Shown here in pieces: positions 48,137-58,706 of a stretch of 64,000 bases of DNA. The position numbers and the translations under genes are program-made. Numbering within the stretch: the stretch's first letter is position 1; every line of letters begins with the position of its first letter. The stretch covers positions 62,001 through 126,000 of IMG/VR virus record IMGVR_UViG_3300043399_000877; one strand, 5' to 3'. The notes below the pieces were generated by a model that was given only the letters and a program-made list of their open reading frames with translations, searched no databases and was not told where the DNA came from.

Positions 48137-48919
48137 ATGAGTAGGTTACAAACACATCACAGTTGGAACATTCGTGTACGGGCGTCAGCGCCCATCGGCA
48201 CCGGCTGGGCAGTTTTCCGGATGCTCAACAGTCTACGAGACCGTGGATTCACCTGGGAACATCAACCGTTGAACTCCAGCACTCGTGTCATAGTACGACA
48301 CCGTGCCGGCAGTGCCGGCACCTTGCTGCGTCTCAGTGTTCCCGACAGCATCGCACAGTACATCACCATAGAGGACTCACCCACATGCACACTTGGCTAG
48401 TAAGAATCACCGGTGCACCGGTCAGCCGCAGTCAGGGTTGGCAGGTGCGAGCCAGTTTCCGTCAGGCTGGATTTACCATCCGTGAACATTTCGATGATCG
48501 TTTGGGCATGAGTCCGGCACGATGGTTCTGGGCCGATCACAGTAACGAAAGTGCCATCACACTCTGGTTGCTCCAGAGATTACCAGTGTTGGAGGGCACG
48601 GTGCTGGACCCACGTCAAACGGTTAGCCTGGAGGAGATCGAACTTGGATAAACTGTATCGATCGATTTCGGTATCCCCCCAGGAACGTCTGGCACTGCGT
48701 GAACTGTTCAGTCGTTTGGGTCTGGATCCTATATTCACCACGGCCAGTGGCCGTACTGTGGTGCTGGCTAGCGAACGTCAGTTTACGTACATCAGCCTCG
48801 GGCTCAGTACTGTACGGGTTCACGATCTCGATGCTTATGAACAGTCTCGGCTAGACTATTATCTGGCACGGGCTGCGCGTCGTGAGTCCTGGCGGGCTTT
48901 GTATAATGTACAGCTATAA
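48137..48919 (+). CDS. Three small hypothetical proteins of the same divergent family as 7778-10469
   Basis: Promoter at 48102; motifs SAGTLLRLS, NESAITLWLL and SERQFTYISL. Confidence 0.6.
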
Positions 48920-48974
48920 TTTCTAAAAATCTTTTCTACCGCACCGCTTCGCGGCTTCGGGGCCCGTTGCCCCG

Positions 48975-50384
48975 TCAGCCGGTTCCGAGATTGTTTAGGA
49001 ACTGTCGCAGTCTGCTGCCGTCTACTTCAGCTGCGGGGGCCGCCTGCGGTTTTGCACTGTTGGTGGGACCGCTGTTGTTGCCGGTGCGTCGTAGGTTGTT
49101 CATAACCTGGCTGGGAGTCTGATCGGACTCGGCTTCGCTTCCCTGTTCGGCATCGGTGATCCTCAGTGTGTCCACGTCAAATTCCAGATCGATCTTGCTG
49201 CCCACACCCGAACTCGAACGTGTTTTCATCAGCTGTATCTGATATCTGCCGCGTTCTCGCATCGCACGACTGGTAAAGATACCGATCACGTTGTCGGCTG
49301 TCTGGATCTTACTCAAACCACCCGAGATATGACTGTGGTCAAACTCGATCTCTTCCACCGCTGATCGGTTCAGCTGGCTGGCTGTAACAGTAATAGTATT
49401 GAGTTCCATTGCAAGGTCTCTCAATTCTTCACTCACATACTTGTCTTTGACGAACAGGTTCTCGGCGCTGACCTTCACACGCATGGGCATCATAAGATCC
49501 AGATAATCTATCAGCAGTACGTCGATTTTTCTGCCTGTCTTGATCTCGTATTCTTTTACATAGCTGCGTAGGTCATTCGCGTTCTTGCCCGATGGCATGT
49601 ATTTGACCTGGAAGCTACCCGAGTTGCGTCCGATCATTCGAACCTTGAGTTCTACGTCGTCGATGTTCTTAAAAATGTCACGCGTCGTAATTCCGGTAAC
49701 CATACTGTCAATACGCATACTCACTAGGTTTTCACTAAGTTCGAATGTCAGGTACAGTACGTTCAAACCCATCAGCGCCCAGTTGACTCCGAGGTTTGCT
49801 AGGAACAGGCTCTTGCCGGCACCGCTACCGCCGGCAAATATGTTGAGTTCGCCGCGGTTAAATCCGCCAAACAGTCGACTGTCCAGTGCCTGCCAGCCGG
49901 TGCTTACCTGCCCGTTGCGGCTCTTGATGGCTTCTAGACGCTCACGAGGGTTGGCAAAGTAGTCGGTGCCCAGGTCCTTTTGTAGGCCTATCTGCACAGC
50001 ACGTTTAACCAGATCTTCAACCGGACCGTATTCACCCTTCTCCAACAGGTCAGCACTTTTCAAGATTGCTGCTTCCAGTGCTTTGTGTCTCGCAAAGGTC
50101 TCAAACTCGTCCATCAGCCAATCGTAGTGCGCATCCACCATGTCTCCGGGATGCCGTAGATCCACGTGAGCGGCTGCGTTGACCATTTCAAACGTGGGCA
50201 TTGTGTTATACTGATTTACATACTTGAGAATGAATTCGGCTGCGGGCTGTAGGCGGCGCTCAAAGCTGTGAGGGTCGAACACACTCTGACAGCGCACAAA
50301 TGTCTGTGCATCAGTCAGCATAATCTCCAGATAGACCTTCTGGATATCATATCCGTAATCGACGTTTTGTTTTGCCTTGCTCAT
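48975..50384 (-). CDS. DnaB-like replicative helicase (T4 gp41-like)
   Basis: GGSGAGKS, LIDYLDLM, TASQLNRS, QLMKTRSS. Confidence 0.92.
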   Translation of the reverse strand: MSKAKQNVDYGYDIQKVYLEIMLTDAQTFVRCQSVFDPHSFERRLQPAAEFILKYVNQYNTMPTFEMVNAAAHVDLRHPGDMVDAHYDWLMDEFETFARHKALEAAILKSADLLEKGEYGPVEDLVKRAVQIGLQKDLGTDYFANPRERLEAIKSRNGQVSTGWQALDSRLFGGFNRGELNIFAGGSGAGKSLFLANLGVNWALMGLNVLYLTFELSENLVSMRIDSMVTGITTRDIFKNIDDVELKVRMIGRNSGSFQVKYMPSGKNANDLRSYVKEYEIKTGRKIDVLLIDYLDLMMPMRVKVSAENLFVKDKYVSEELRDLAMELNTITVTASQLNRSAVEEIEFDHSHISGGLSKIQTADNVIGIFTSRAMRERGRYQIQLMKTRSSSGVGSKIDLEFDVDTLRITDAEQGSEAESDQTPSQVMNNLRRTGNNSGPTNSAKPQAAPAAEVDGSRLRQFLNNLGTG

Positions 50385-51364
50385 CTTTCGTACCACCGTT
50401 TCATTCTTAATCTTATTTTTAATGCCGAACTCTCGGCAGCCTGTAATATTGAATACAGTGTATATAGTCGGCCGTATCTTTTAACAGCATCTCCTGGATC
50501 TTTTATGTCCGGGTCCCAATCCGGCATGCTAACCATCCAGCCCTGGTCTATTGCTGGTTCGATTAGTTTCTGTCCCGCGGGATCACGGTCCGGTACCACT
50601 ATCACAGTTTTTCTATACTGATTTATCAACAATGCCTGCTGCTCACTAAACTCACTACCTAAAAATGCACTGGCGCCGATCGGCAGTGCGTCTATGGGTC
50701 CTTCGGTAAGGATCATGTATTCTCTGTCATCCGATTGGCGATCCAAATTAAAAACATAGCCGGGCTGCTGTTCTGAAAGATACTTTGGTGTACCCGTGTC
50801 CGTGTGTCGTGAAGTCCAACCCACGGTTTGTCCGCGATACTTGAAAGGTATTATCAGTCGATCGCGATATGCAACGCTGTTGTTCCAGTAAAAATCTCCA
50901 TCTTCAAAATACAGAGAACGAGCTTGCATGTAGCGCAGGACACGCTCAAGGTGTTGATTTACCGGACCGGAGTAGGTGTTTAAATGCACCGTATTTTCCG
51001 GAAGTGGCATACTAACAAAGTTTGGAAGTTCTATCGATCGTTGTTTTACTACAACGCCTTCGTTTAACTTCATAACATTCAATGCTAGCTGAGTTATTTC
51101 AGAATCCGGAACCGACAACCATCCCAACAACTTTTTAAACTTGGGCGCGAGCTGACGGCCCGGTTGCCAGCTTGCCTTAAACCCACAATTAAAGCAATGA
51201 TAGGTTACAATATCGCCGTTTTCTAAGACGCCACCGCGCTGGCGCTTGTCGGGATTCTGTCCGTTATGCTGGCAACAGACAGCGTTGAAGCTAACCCACC
51301 CGCTGGGCGTAGTTTTCCTCTTAACGGGCAAATGTTTTATCAACAGCTCAGATACTATGCTCAT
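50381..51364 (-). CDS. DNA primase (Zn ribbon + TOPRIM)
   Basis: CC..YHCFNCG, RLIIPF, LTEGPIDA, VPDRDPAG, KDPGD. Confidence 0.9.
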   Translation of the reverse strand: MSIVSELLIKHLPVKRKTTPSGWVSFNAVCCQHNGQNPDKRQRGGVLENGDIVTYHCFNCGFKASWQPGRQLAPKFKKLLGWLSVPDSEITQLALNVMKLNEGVVVKQRSIELPNFVSMPLPENTVHLNTYSGPVNQHLERVLRYMQARSLYFEDGDFYWNNSVAYRDRLIIPFKYRGQTVGWTSRHTDTGTPKYLSEQQPGYVFNLDRQSDDREYMILTEGPIDALPIGASAFLGSEFSEQQALLINQYRKTVIVVPDRDPAGQKLIEPAIDQGWMVSMPDWDPDIKDPGDAVKRYGRLYTLYSILQAAESSALKIRLRMKRWYER

Positions 51365-51399
51365 AGTTTAATATAGCATAATTCTATGAAAAAGTCAAA

Positions 51400-52170
51400 T
51401 TAGTTTCGTATTACAACTCGTCTTATCAAATTTTCAGGATCAGTACTTGTTCTGATTCTTAAGTTTTGATAAACGCCGTTGAAGTTTACACACACCGGCG
51501 CAGTGTCCGATGGTGATACTGCGACTGTTGCCACAGTAAACCAGTTGAGACCTATAGAACTTTCTAAGGTTGCTTCTATAACCACATCGCCGGAGTATCC
51601 GTTGTTGTACACCACCGCAGTATAACTTCCGCCGGGATTGGTGTTTAATGCTGATGTGGCATTCACAGTAGCATACCAGTTTTGATTTATTTTGTAAAAG
51701 TTATCAAACACTAGATTTTCTTTAGTGTCCGGGTAACTCTGACCGTCTACATAAATAATTCCAGAGCTAGTAAAATCAGTATTTGTATATGTAATATTTC
51801 TTTTTCCAGTATTGTCTAAGATATATACATTATACTTTAAATATTGTTGTGGAATATCAAGGAGATCAGTATCTGTAATAGTAACTGTAAAATTGCCCAA
51901 GGTAGCACGGGTGGAGCCGTCGTCAATAACTTCACAGGGTTTTTCAATAATACGCCGTTGCTGATCATCAAATGCAACAAAATACGGAGTTCCGGTTATT
52001 GGAACAGCCTTTTGATCAGCGTTAAGCAATCTAAAATATATCAAATTGTCAATTCCACGAGTTATGCGAATATTTCTTTGAAACACGGGTCTATACTCCA
52101 CTCCGAGACCGGCATGGTTGGAAATAATGTCAACTTGATTTTTTACTAAATATCTAGGTGTTAATTGCAT
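51400..52170 (-). CDS. Hypothetical beta-rich late protein
   Basis: 256-aa ORF with TATAAATA just upstream. Confidence 0.7.
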   Translation of the reverse strand: MQLTPRYLVKNQVDIISNHAGLGVEYRPVFQRNIRITRGIDNLIYFRLLNADQKAVPITGTPYFVAFDDQQRRIIEKPCEVIDDGSTRATLGNFTVTITDTDLLDIPQQYLKYNVYILDNTGKRNITYTNTDFTSSGIIYVDGQSYPDTKENLVFDNFYKINQNWYATVNATSALNTNPGGSYTAVVYNNGYSGDVVIEATLESSIGLNWFTVATVAVSPSDTAPVCVNFNGVYQNLRIRTSTDPENLIRRVVIRN

Positions 52171-52200
52171 GCCATACTCTTTTAAGTATTTATATAGAAA

Positions 52201-52572
52201 ATGTTATTGAAGGATATAGAAGAAAACTTTCCATTTATAAGCGTAGTAGCTTACGGTGGTAACGAATATGTTGGTATAATAAGTAACCAGGATCAGTATG
52301 TTACCTGTATGTATGTCTACGAGATTTTGAAATCACAAGAACACAAACAGTTATTATTAAGTTTAGGAAATATATGGTGGTGGGAATCAAATAGAATGAT
52401 TCCCATTAATATTTTTTTAAGGAAAGAAATAGAACCACTAAAGTATGCGTTAATGAGTATGAACAGTAAAGATGTGCGCATATGTATAGGGCCAACTGTA
52501 AACTTAAACAATCTTGCGCTCAAGCGAATCAAAAAAAAAAGTGTACAGTTGGTAATAAAAAAGAATGACTAA
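52201..52572 (+). CDS. Hypothetical protein
   Basis: 123-aa ORF filling the gap; WWWESNRMIPINIFL motif. Confidence 0.7.
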   Translation: MLLKDIEENFPFISVVAYGGNEYVGIISNQDQYVTCMYVYEILKSQEHKQLLLSLGNIWWWESNRMIPINIFLRKEIEPLKYALMSMNSKDVRICIGPTVNLNNLALKRIKKKSVQLVIKKND

Positions 52573-53126
52573 CCAGCGTACGATTCACAAATAAGATTCA
52601 TATGAACTATAACAGCGTGTGCATAAGATATGGCATGCGACTTTTTAAAATAATAATCGTCACCCACAGGTTTAACCCATATCTCTCTCATAACAGTGTC
52701 CCAGTCTTTCCCAATTAGGTGACGTTTTGCCGGACGTATCATAGCCAAAACTGCTGCAAGTTGCTCTACACTTTTGGGACGCATCTGCTTTAATATATCG
52801 CTGTGTCCATTTATGTGAAAAACCTGATCCACAAATTCAGCATGTTCCAATAACTCCCATATCGGTTCACGTTCCACTAATTCTTGCAAATGCTGATTAT
52901 CTTTTACATCGCGGTATATGCTTACGTTGAGGCAGTCCACTTTAAAATAACCCAGTTGCTCAGCATCTTTGTAATTTATATTAGACAGATTGGTTATGGG
53001 ATTATACGGAATTTCTGAAAAGTAAACCCCGGTCAAGTGGGGTTTACCGTTTTCCAATGCGGCTGTGCGATGTTTAAGTAAGTTTAATAATCTTGATCTG
53101 TCCGGAAAGTCAATATCAATGTCCAT
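52569..53126 (-). CDS. Miniature DNA polymerase III alpha (DnaE)-like protein
   Basis: DIDIDF, HLTGVY, YFKVDCLN, LAMIRP and FKKSHAISYA motifs in DnaE order within only 185 aa. Confidence 0.8.
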   Translation of the reverse strand: MDIDIDFPDRSRLLNLLKHRTAALENGKPHLTGVYFSEIPYNPITNLSNINYKDAEQLGYFKVDCLNVSIYRDVKDNQHLQELVEREPIWELLEHAEFVDQVFHINGHSDILKQMRPKSVEQLAAVLAMIRPAKRHLIGKDWDTVMREIWVKPVGDDYYFKKSHAISYAHAVIVHMNLICESYAG

Positions 53127-53878
53127 TATAGACCTGCCTGTTTTACTACCTGTTTTACCAGTTCCATGTCCGCTGGGTGTTTTTTAAACTTTATACTCCA
53201 CTTTTGCGGATCCATTACCTTGTACACCATAGTCAATTGCTCGTCACTCAATTGCTGTAACATGTTTTTTCCGGTCTCGCAGTTTAGTATAAGCCATGGA
53301 CTTATTTTCCCATCGCGAATATGCCATACTGCTCGATTATGATTTACATATCTAAAATAATGATTCCAAACACTGCCGTTCTCCTCCGCCCACTCAGTCA
53401 TGGTTGTAATAGAACGTTCTAATGCTGTCTCTAAATCTTCTTTAAAAATAAGTTCAAGAACATATCGCTCATAAAGATCATCATTACTCCACTTGTCAAT
53501 CTTTTCACCACTCCTTACAATCCAGTCAATGTACTTGTCAGGATACAGTGGCCTAACATTGCTCATAAAACTTCCGAATTTAACAAATGCATTGTAAAAT
53601 TGGCTTTTGCAAAATTCGTCATACGTCTTGATTCCGCGATAGTTTGCACTGAGTTGATAAAATCTCACAAAAGTTTGATAGCCAAATTGTACACGCTTTT
53701 CATTCTTTTGCAAGTGTCTGCGCTTTTGTTCACATATGTGAACTTGCAACGTGTTTTCTTTTGCAAAACTTTTGCTGCAATATTCACAAGTAAACGGCAA
53801 TTTTTTTACCTTAGCTGAGGACTGGGTTGTGGATTTCTTCGAGTTGTTTAAGTTCTTCTTTTGTAAGTATTCCAGCAA
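53126..53878 (-). CDS. Hypothetical protein with N-terminal Zn finger (start uncertain)
   Basis: FTCEYCSKSFAKENTLQVHIC. Confidence 0.7.
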   Translation of the reverse strand: MLEYLQKKNLNNSKKSTTQSSAKVKKLPFTCEYCSKSFAKENTLQVHICEQKRRHLQKNEKRVQFGYQTFVRFYQLSANYRGIKTYDEFCKSQFYNAFVKFGSFMSNVRPLYPDKYIDWIVRSGEKIDKWSNDDLYERYVLELIFKEDLETALERSITTMTEWAEENGSVWNHYFRYVNHNRAVWHIRDGKISPWLILNCETGKNMLQQLSDEQLTMVYKVMDPQKWSIKFKKHPADMELVKQVVKQAGL

Positions 53879-54281
53879 GTAACTCTACCTCATCTCGTTT
53901 CATATTTGGATAAATGCCTTCCAAAAACTTGACAGTCTTACTGGCTGCCCGTTTGGTACCAATCCACTCGTGCCGTTCTTTTTTGCCAGTGTTGCCGCAC
54001 ATACACAACAATAGCCATTGTAACTTGGGATGCTTTGACCCCAAAACTGCCCAATTCTTATTGTAGTATTCGTTAGTTTTAATTACCGCAAGCGCAACGT
54101 CATCAACTGAATATTTTGAGTATTTGCTATCCGCCAAAGCACTCATGTATCTATTTAAATTCCACATGTCGGCTTTGATTTCTTTTTGGCCTTCTTCTCC
54201 AGCCACGTCCCACAAATCTCGCATGCCCAGGTCCAGAGCTGGGATCATCTCTTTGAATAAGTCTATATGTTTATTTGCCAT
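53811..54281 (-). CDS. Clamp-loader small subunit-like protein (T4 gp62-like)
   Basis: LNRYMS..NEYYN..HPKLQWLLL..HEWI..FLEGIYP..LTKEELKQL pattern; replication context. Confidence 0.5.
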   Translation of the reverse strand: MANKHIDLFKEMIPALDLGMRDLWDVAGEEGQKEIKADMWNLNRYMSALADSKYSKYSVDDVALAVIKTNEYYNKNWAVLGSKHPKLQWLLLCMCGNTGKKERHEWIGTKRAASKTVKFLEGIYPNMKRDEVELLAGILTKEELKQLEEIHNPVLS

Positions 54282-54918
54282 TTTTACTCTTTGTTTGAAT
54301 GTTAACCGTGGAGTCACTTATGTATATATTATTAGTTATATTGGTTATTTTGTCACGAGTCTTACGACCCGGTGTCAAATGATCGCCATGTGTCACCGAC
54401 TTGACCGCGTGGCAATGCTTACATAAAGTCTGTAAATTGTTTGGGTCGTTATGGGTATAATCACCATCTATGTGATCTACCTCTAAAAACTGTTTTGGTT
54501 TCCAACCAGCTGCCCCCAATCCAACAGCATCAATCATTTCTTGAGTTGGTAATACAGTATTACACTTAAATCCAAGCCGTCCATCAATATTTTCACAATA
54601 ATCTTTACGATATTTAAGATACGGGTGTATACTGTTTTTGTACTCAATAACTGAATCAAATCCATGTCGCAGAGCAGTAAGATGTCCTGCAGACTTAACT
54701 CCATGTTTCTTGGCAGTATTTTCGTTATGATGATAATTACAGCAAAAGTTGTCAAAAGCATCCGGATACATTTCTTTAATCCAATTTGATCGACGGTATC
54801 TTGGGTACCTTGGGTGATCTTTTGCTAGGATGTTTGCTGCGAGATTTGTGCATCCGGGGACGCTACATTGTGGCCGCGTTTTTTCAATAAAATCAAAACT
54901 CATTACTTTCATAATCAA
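54271..54918 (-). CDS. HNH endonuclease
   Basis: LEVDHIDGDYTHNDPNNLQTLCKHCHAVKS. Confidence 0.85.
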   Translation of the reverse strand: MIMKVMSFDFIEKTRPQCSVPGCTNLAANILAKDHPRYPRYRRSNWIKEMYPDAFDNFCCNYHHNENTAKKHGVKSAGHLTALRHGFDSVIEYKNSIHPYLKYRKDYCENIDGRLGFKCNTVLPTQEMIDAVGLGAAGWKPKQFLEVDHIDGDYTHNDPNNLQTLCKHCHAVKSVTHGDHLTPGRKTRDKITNITNNIYISDSTVNIQTKSKNGK

Positions 54919-55445
54919 CTCTTTCCACTCATTTTTTCATCATTTCCAGATGGTTTACACATGCTTATCATTTCAGCTTCTATTTCGGGTGCCCATGACT
55001 TTGGACTAGGCTTATACATCATATACCAGTGTTCTCTATTAGGATCTTTGTTATACATTTTTCTAGCTATTACACTGTCAATTTGACTTGTTATCTTTGA
55101 TGGATTTTCTGAATCTGTGTAATATGAACAAGGATTTCCTTCATTTAAAAAAATAGATTTATGGTTTGCTCTTCTTTCAGATATGGTTCCTTGACCAATA
55201 TAAAACAATTCGGATGTTTTAAGATCGTCGTTAGAATAAAAAATAAAATAGGTTCCAGTCTTTCCAGTTATTCCTGGGTATTGATTTTTTTCATCTAATA
55301 AAAACTTCCTTAACGGACTCCAATCGAATTGAATCAGATTTGCCACCTCATCATCAATACTCTCGAGTTTTCTTTTATATTCTTGCTTTTTACGTTCGCC
55401 AACAGTTATTATTGCATGTTGCATAACTTCGTGGTAAGTTGCCAT
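54915..55445 (-). CDS. GIY-YIG-like protein
   Basis: GTYFIF...FYIGQG..RRANH...IEAEMI...N. Confidence 0.6.
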   Translation of the reverse strand: MATYHEVMQHAIITVGERKKQEYKRKLESIDDEVANLIQFDWSPLRKFLLDEKNQYPGITGKTGTYFIFYSNDDLKTSELFYIGQGTISERRANHKSIFLNEGNPCSYYTDSENPSKITSQIDSVIARKMYNKDPNREHWYMMYKPSPKSWAPEIEAEMISMCKPSGNDEKMSGKS

Positions 55446-55455
55446 TTAAACCCTC

Positions 55456-55962
55456 TTACAGTAGTTTACCAAAGTCTATTGTCTCCAACTGTCTGCTTAT
55501 ATCTTTAACAAAGAAAGCACACTGTGGGTTGTCGCCGTCTCGTATTGGAACACTCAGTAACTGTCCCGATTTCATTTTAGGAAAATACCATTTTACGTCG
55601 TTATAAAAATTAACTATTTCTATACGCTCAAAACCAGCAGTATAGCTGGTTAAAGGATTAAACAAGAACGCTTCAAATCCCCGATCATTCACGCTAGTTA
55701 ATGGTATTACTTCTAAGTCGCTGCCGGCTTCTTTACATCCGACGGCTATGCACCAATCTAATGGCATGGTTACTTCTCTCCCGCCTATATTCATGACAAT
55801 AGCAGGGCTATTAAAGCTCTCCAAAAATATCAGCGGTATAAAGAAAAAGTCCGGATTCTGTGGATCCGTGTTATCTAAAACTGAAAATCTAATAACATCT
55901 TCCATCTGATCCGGAATGTTGTTTAGTATAAAAGAACGATTGTCAAGTGTTAATATCCTCAT
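55456..55962 (-). CDS. Hypothetical protein
   Basis: 168-aa ORF translationally coupled to the helicase. Confidence 0.75.
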   Translation of the reverse strand: MRILTLDNRSFILNNIPDQMEDVIRFSVLDNTDPQNPDFFFIPLIFLESFNSPAIVMNIGGREVTMPLDWCIAVGCKEAGSDLEVIPLTSVNDRGFEAFLFNPLTSYTAGFERIEIVNFYNDVKWYFPKMKSGQLLSVPIRDGDNPQCAFFVKDISRQLETIDFGKLL

Positions 55963-57425
55963 TTTTTATTTTTCCAATCAACCTTTTCGATAGAAAAAGG
56001 ATAACTTGCGTCTGAATAAAACTTTTTCCTTTGTGTTAAATGTCGTTTTGCATATTTGCATGTACTAGTTATATCCCATATTTGAACAAAATCTTTATCA
56101 TTTGCTTTACGAATACCACGGCCAATACTTTGTATAACTCTAACAAAACTTTTTCCCGGTTCAAGCAAAACAACATTAAAGATTCTAGGTATGTTAATAC
56201 CCACTGCTGCAACACCGTATGTTGCAACGATTACTTTGTTTGTCGCCTCATTAATATCATTGTAGGCTTCTTTTCTGTCTTTTTCCTTCACTGCCCCGCG
56301 TACAAATGTTGAATCAGGTATTAGGCTGTTTAACAACTCTCCTGACGGAATTCTGTCTACAAGTACTAATGTATTTCCAGTAACTCTAACACGATTTACA
56401 AGAGTTGCAAGAAATTTTAACCGTTCCTCGTTTGTAACAAGATACTTTAATTCTTCTTGATAGTTTGTAAAGACTGGCTCATCATTTAGCTGTACTATGT
56501 TAACGTGACACTGACTAAGGATGCCTTTGTCCTGTAGTTCTTTTGCAGTCACTTGTCCAACCACAGGACCAAGGCTTGCTAATATTCCTTGAAACTCGTG
56601 GTCAGCTTTGGGGATAGTTCCGGTTAATCCCCAGCGGATAGGTGCATTGTTGAGATTTTTTGTGAGTATACTACGTAATACATCGGCTTTGGCCTGATGT
56701 ACTTCGTCAACTATAACTGTCTTTACGCCCTCTAAAAATTCTGCAAGTGTTAGAACGCTGTCTCCTGCTGCGCCTTTTTTGTCTAAGATATTAAGGCTTT
56801 GCCAAGTACAGATGGTATGAGTTTTGCCGAGCTCTTTTCGATCGCCGTAGTAAACACCAACATCTAATCCGCAGTTGCGATAATCATCTTCGGTTTGTGT
56901 TATAAGACTCTTATTTGGTACAATCACTAATGTCCTACCAAAATCTTCACATATTTTGCTGAGTGTAGCTGTTGTGATGGTTTTTCCAGCCCCAGTGCTC
57001 ACCTCCTGCAAGCTCTGCGGATTCTCTAAGAATCGATTGATTACCTCAACTTGGTCATCACGTAGCCGTATAGGTTGACCTTCAAAGCGATGACCTTTGG
57101 GCCAAGTTTTGTCGCCCCAAAAATCTTCAGCAATGGGCGCAAACTTTATCTCAAAAGGAATCCTACGATCATCTATCTCATCTACAGTGACGTCGTTGTC
57201 TTCTAATATCTGTAGTATCTTATCTAGGTGATTTAGATATCCGGACCCACCAATTCCAAAAAATGCTTGAGTGCCATCCCACCGCCCAAGTTTGTATTGT
57301 GGCATGTGGCGAGCATACGGAAGTTCAAACTTGAGAGCATTTACTATTTTTCTTCTAGTATCTACCGGAAGTCCTTCAAATTTTATATTAACTTCGTCTA
57401 AAATTACTAGCTTACATAATGACAT
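55959..57425 (-). CDS. uvsW: SF2 DNA helicase (UvsW-like)
   Basis: STGAGKT, VDEVH, GLTGT, VGINIP, QSIGRGIR. Confidence 0.85.
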   Translation of the reverse strand: MSLCKLVILDEVNIKFEGLPVDTRRKIVNALKFELPYARHMPQYKLGRWDGTQAFFGIGGSGYLNHLDKILQILEDNDVTVDEIDDRRIPFEIKFAPIAEDFWGDKTWPKGHRFEGQPIRLRDDQVEVINRFLENPQSLQEVSTGAGKTITTATLSKICEDFGRTLVIVPNKSLITQTEDDYRNCGLDVGVYYGDRKELGKTHTICTWQSLNILDKKGAAGDSVLTLAEFLEGVKTVIVDEVHQAKADVLRSILTKNLNNAPIRWGLTGTIPKADHEFQGILASLGPVVGQVTAKELQDKGILSQCHVNIVQLNDEPVFTNYQEELKYLVTNEERLKFLATLVNRVRVTGNTLVLVDRIPSGELLNSLIPDSTFVRGAVKEKDRKEAYNDINEATNKVIVATYGVAAVGINIPRIFNVVLLEPGKSFVRVIQSIGRGIRKANDKDFVQIWDITSTCKYAKRHLTQRKKFYSDASYPFSIEKVDWKNKK

Positions 57426-58689
57426 TCACTGAATCTTTCTTGTACAATTTACTTATACTCGATATATAAGTGTCCTGATACAATACTAGATCGCAGTTGT
57501 TTTTAATAAACTCTTTAACCATAGTGTTTGAATTATCAGAAGTCAAACTTATACTCGTAATAGGTTTCCAGTTCCCAGTAACCAACAGTTTGGGAAGTCT
57601 GGATTTTTTAATATATACTACTTTTGTTTTTTCGTCAACCCAGTTGTTTAAGCTGTGCTCTTTGACATAATCGTTGACAGTATACGAATTAGGCACAGTG
57701 TCTACCCTAAATAGAACACTCTGTTCTAAAGAAGGATAATATTTTGCAAACTCAGTGTGTATTTTTCTGAGCTCGTCAAGAGAGTCCTCGTCACTCTTTG
57801 TATCATTTATAAGAACTAATATCGGGTTGCGCTGTAGCTCAACCAATGAAGATACTATTTTTTCTATAGAAACTGACGGATCTACCAATACTTCAGGATC
57901 GGTTCTTAGCGCCACTTTCTCAACTAGAGTATGTCCGGGTATTTCATAATCGAAGTATTCTAACCCGTATCTTATAGATCGATCACGATACAGTAGCCGG
58001 GTTTTGTAATTCACTTCACCCAACTCGCTCAACAGTTGTTGTTGGGCCGGCATGGGAATATTTTTTATTTGATCTTTAAATATACCCGGAACGTGCATCT
58101 CGGGATTCTTTTTTATTTCCTGTATGCGCTCGTATGCATCGATGAGATCCGGGTCTATATCAAATTCTTTTTTCCCAAAAACATCAATTATACGTTCTAC
58201 TATATTTTCAGTAAATCTTATAAAATGTTCGTGACTTCCTTTTTCGTGATAGTAATTTCCTTCACGAGAATTGTTTGACACGATCTCAGTTATTTTTGAT
58301 ATAGTTTTTTTGTTAAATGGAAATCTGATTTTAATCCATGTTTTGTGCATATACATGGATGCTATTCGACTTTCAATTTTAAATTCCGACCTATCAACGA
58401 TAGAAATATATCGACTTCTATCAATAGATCGCAATGGCAAAGAAATGTTCTCTAATATTTGATCAAGATCAAATATTCCATTTTTAACAAATGTATCTCG
58501 GTATTTGTCGATTTTATCTTTGGCAAGATAATACTGCTTATCAGTAAGCGGTACGCGACGTTTTAGCTGACGTGACATACTCAACAATATTTGATCATCC
58601 GGCAACTTAATTGCAAAATCAATTCCGGAATATGTTTTATCTGAGATACTGTGAATACAGTCCTCTATTGAAGTAATCTTGTGTTGCAT
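57412..58689 (-). CDS. Hypothetical protein
   Basis: 425-aa ORF coupled to the helicase. Confidence 0.75.
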   Translation of the reverse strand: MQHKITSIEDCIHSISDKTYSGIDFAIKLPDDQILLSMSRQLKRRVPLTDKQYYLAKDKIDKYRDTFVKNGIFDLDQILENISLPLRSIDRSRYISIVDRSEFKIESRIASMYMHKTWIKIRFPFNKKTISKITEIVSNNSREGNYYHEKGSHEHFIRFTENIVERIIDVFGKKEFDIDPDLIDAYERIQEIKKNPEMHVPGIFKDQIKNIPMPAQQQLLSELGEVNYKTRLLYRDRSIRYGLEYFDYEIPGHTLVEKVALRTDPEVLVDPSVSIEKIVSSLVELQRNPILVLINDTKSDEDSLDELRKIHTEFAKYYPSLEQSVLFRVDTVPNSYTVNDYVKEHSLNNWVDEKTKVVYIKKSRLPKLLVTGNWKPITSISLTSDNSNTMVKEFIKNNCDLVLYQDTYISSISKLYKKDSVNVIM

Positions 58690-58706
58690 ATGTCTACACT
58701 AACATG

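Noticed and set aside
7778-48919. Diversity-generating retroelement or integron behind the small-gene array
   Set aside because: No reverse transcriptase, TR/VR pair, integrase or attC-like sites were seen in the window.
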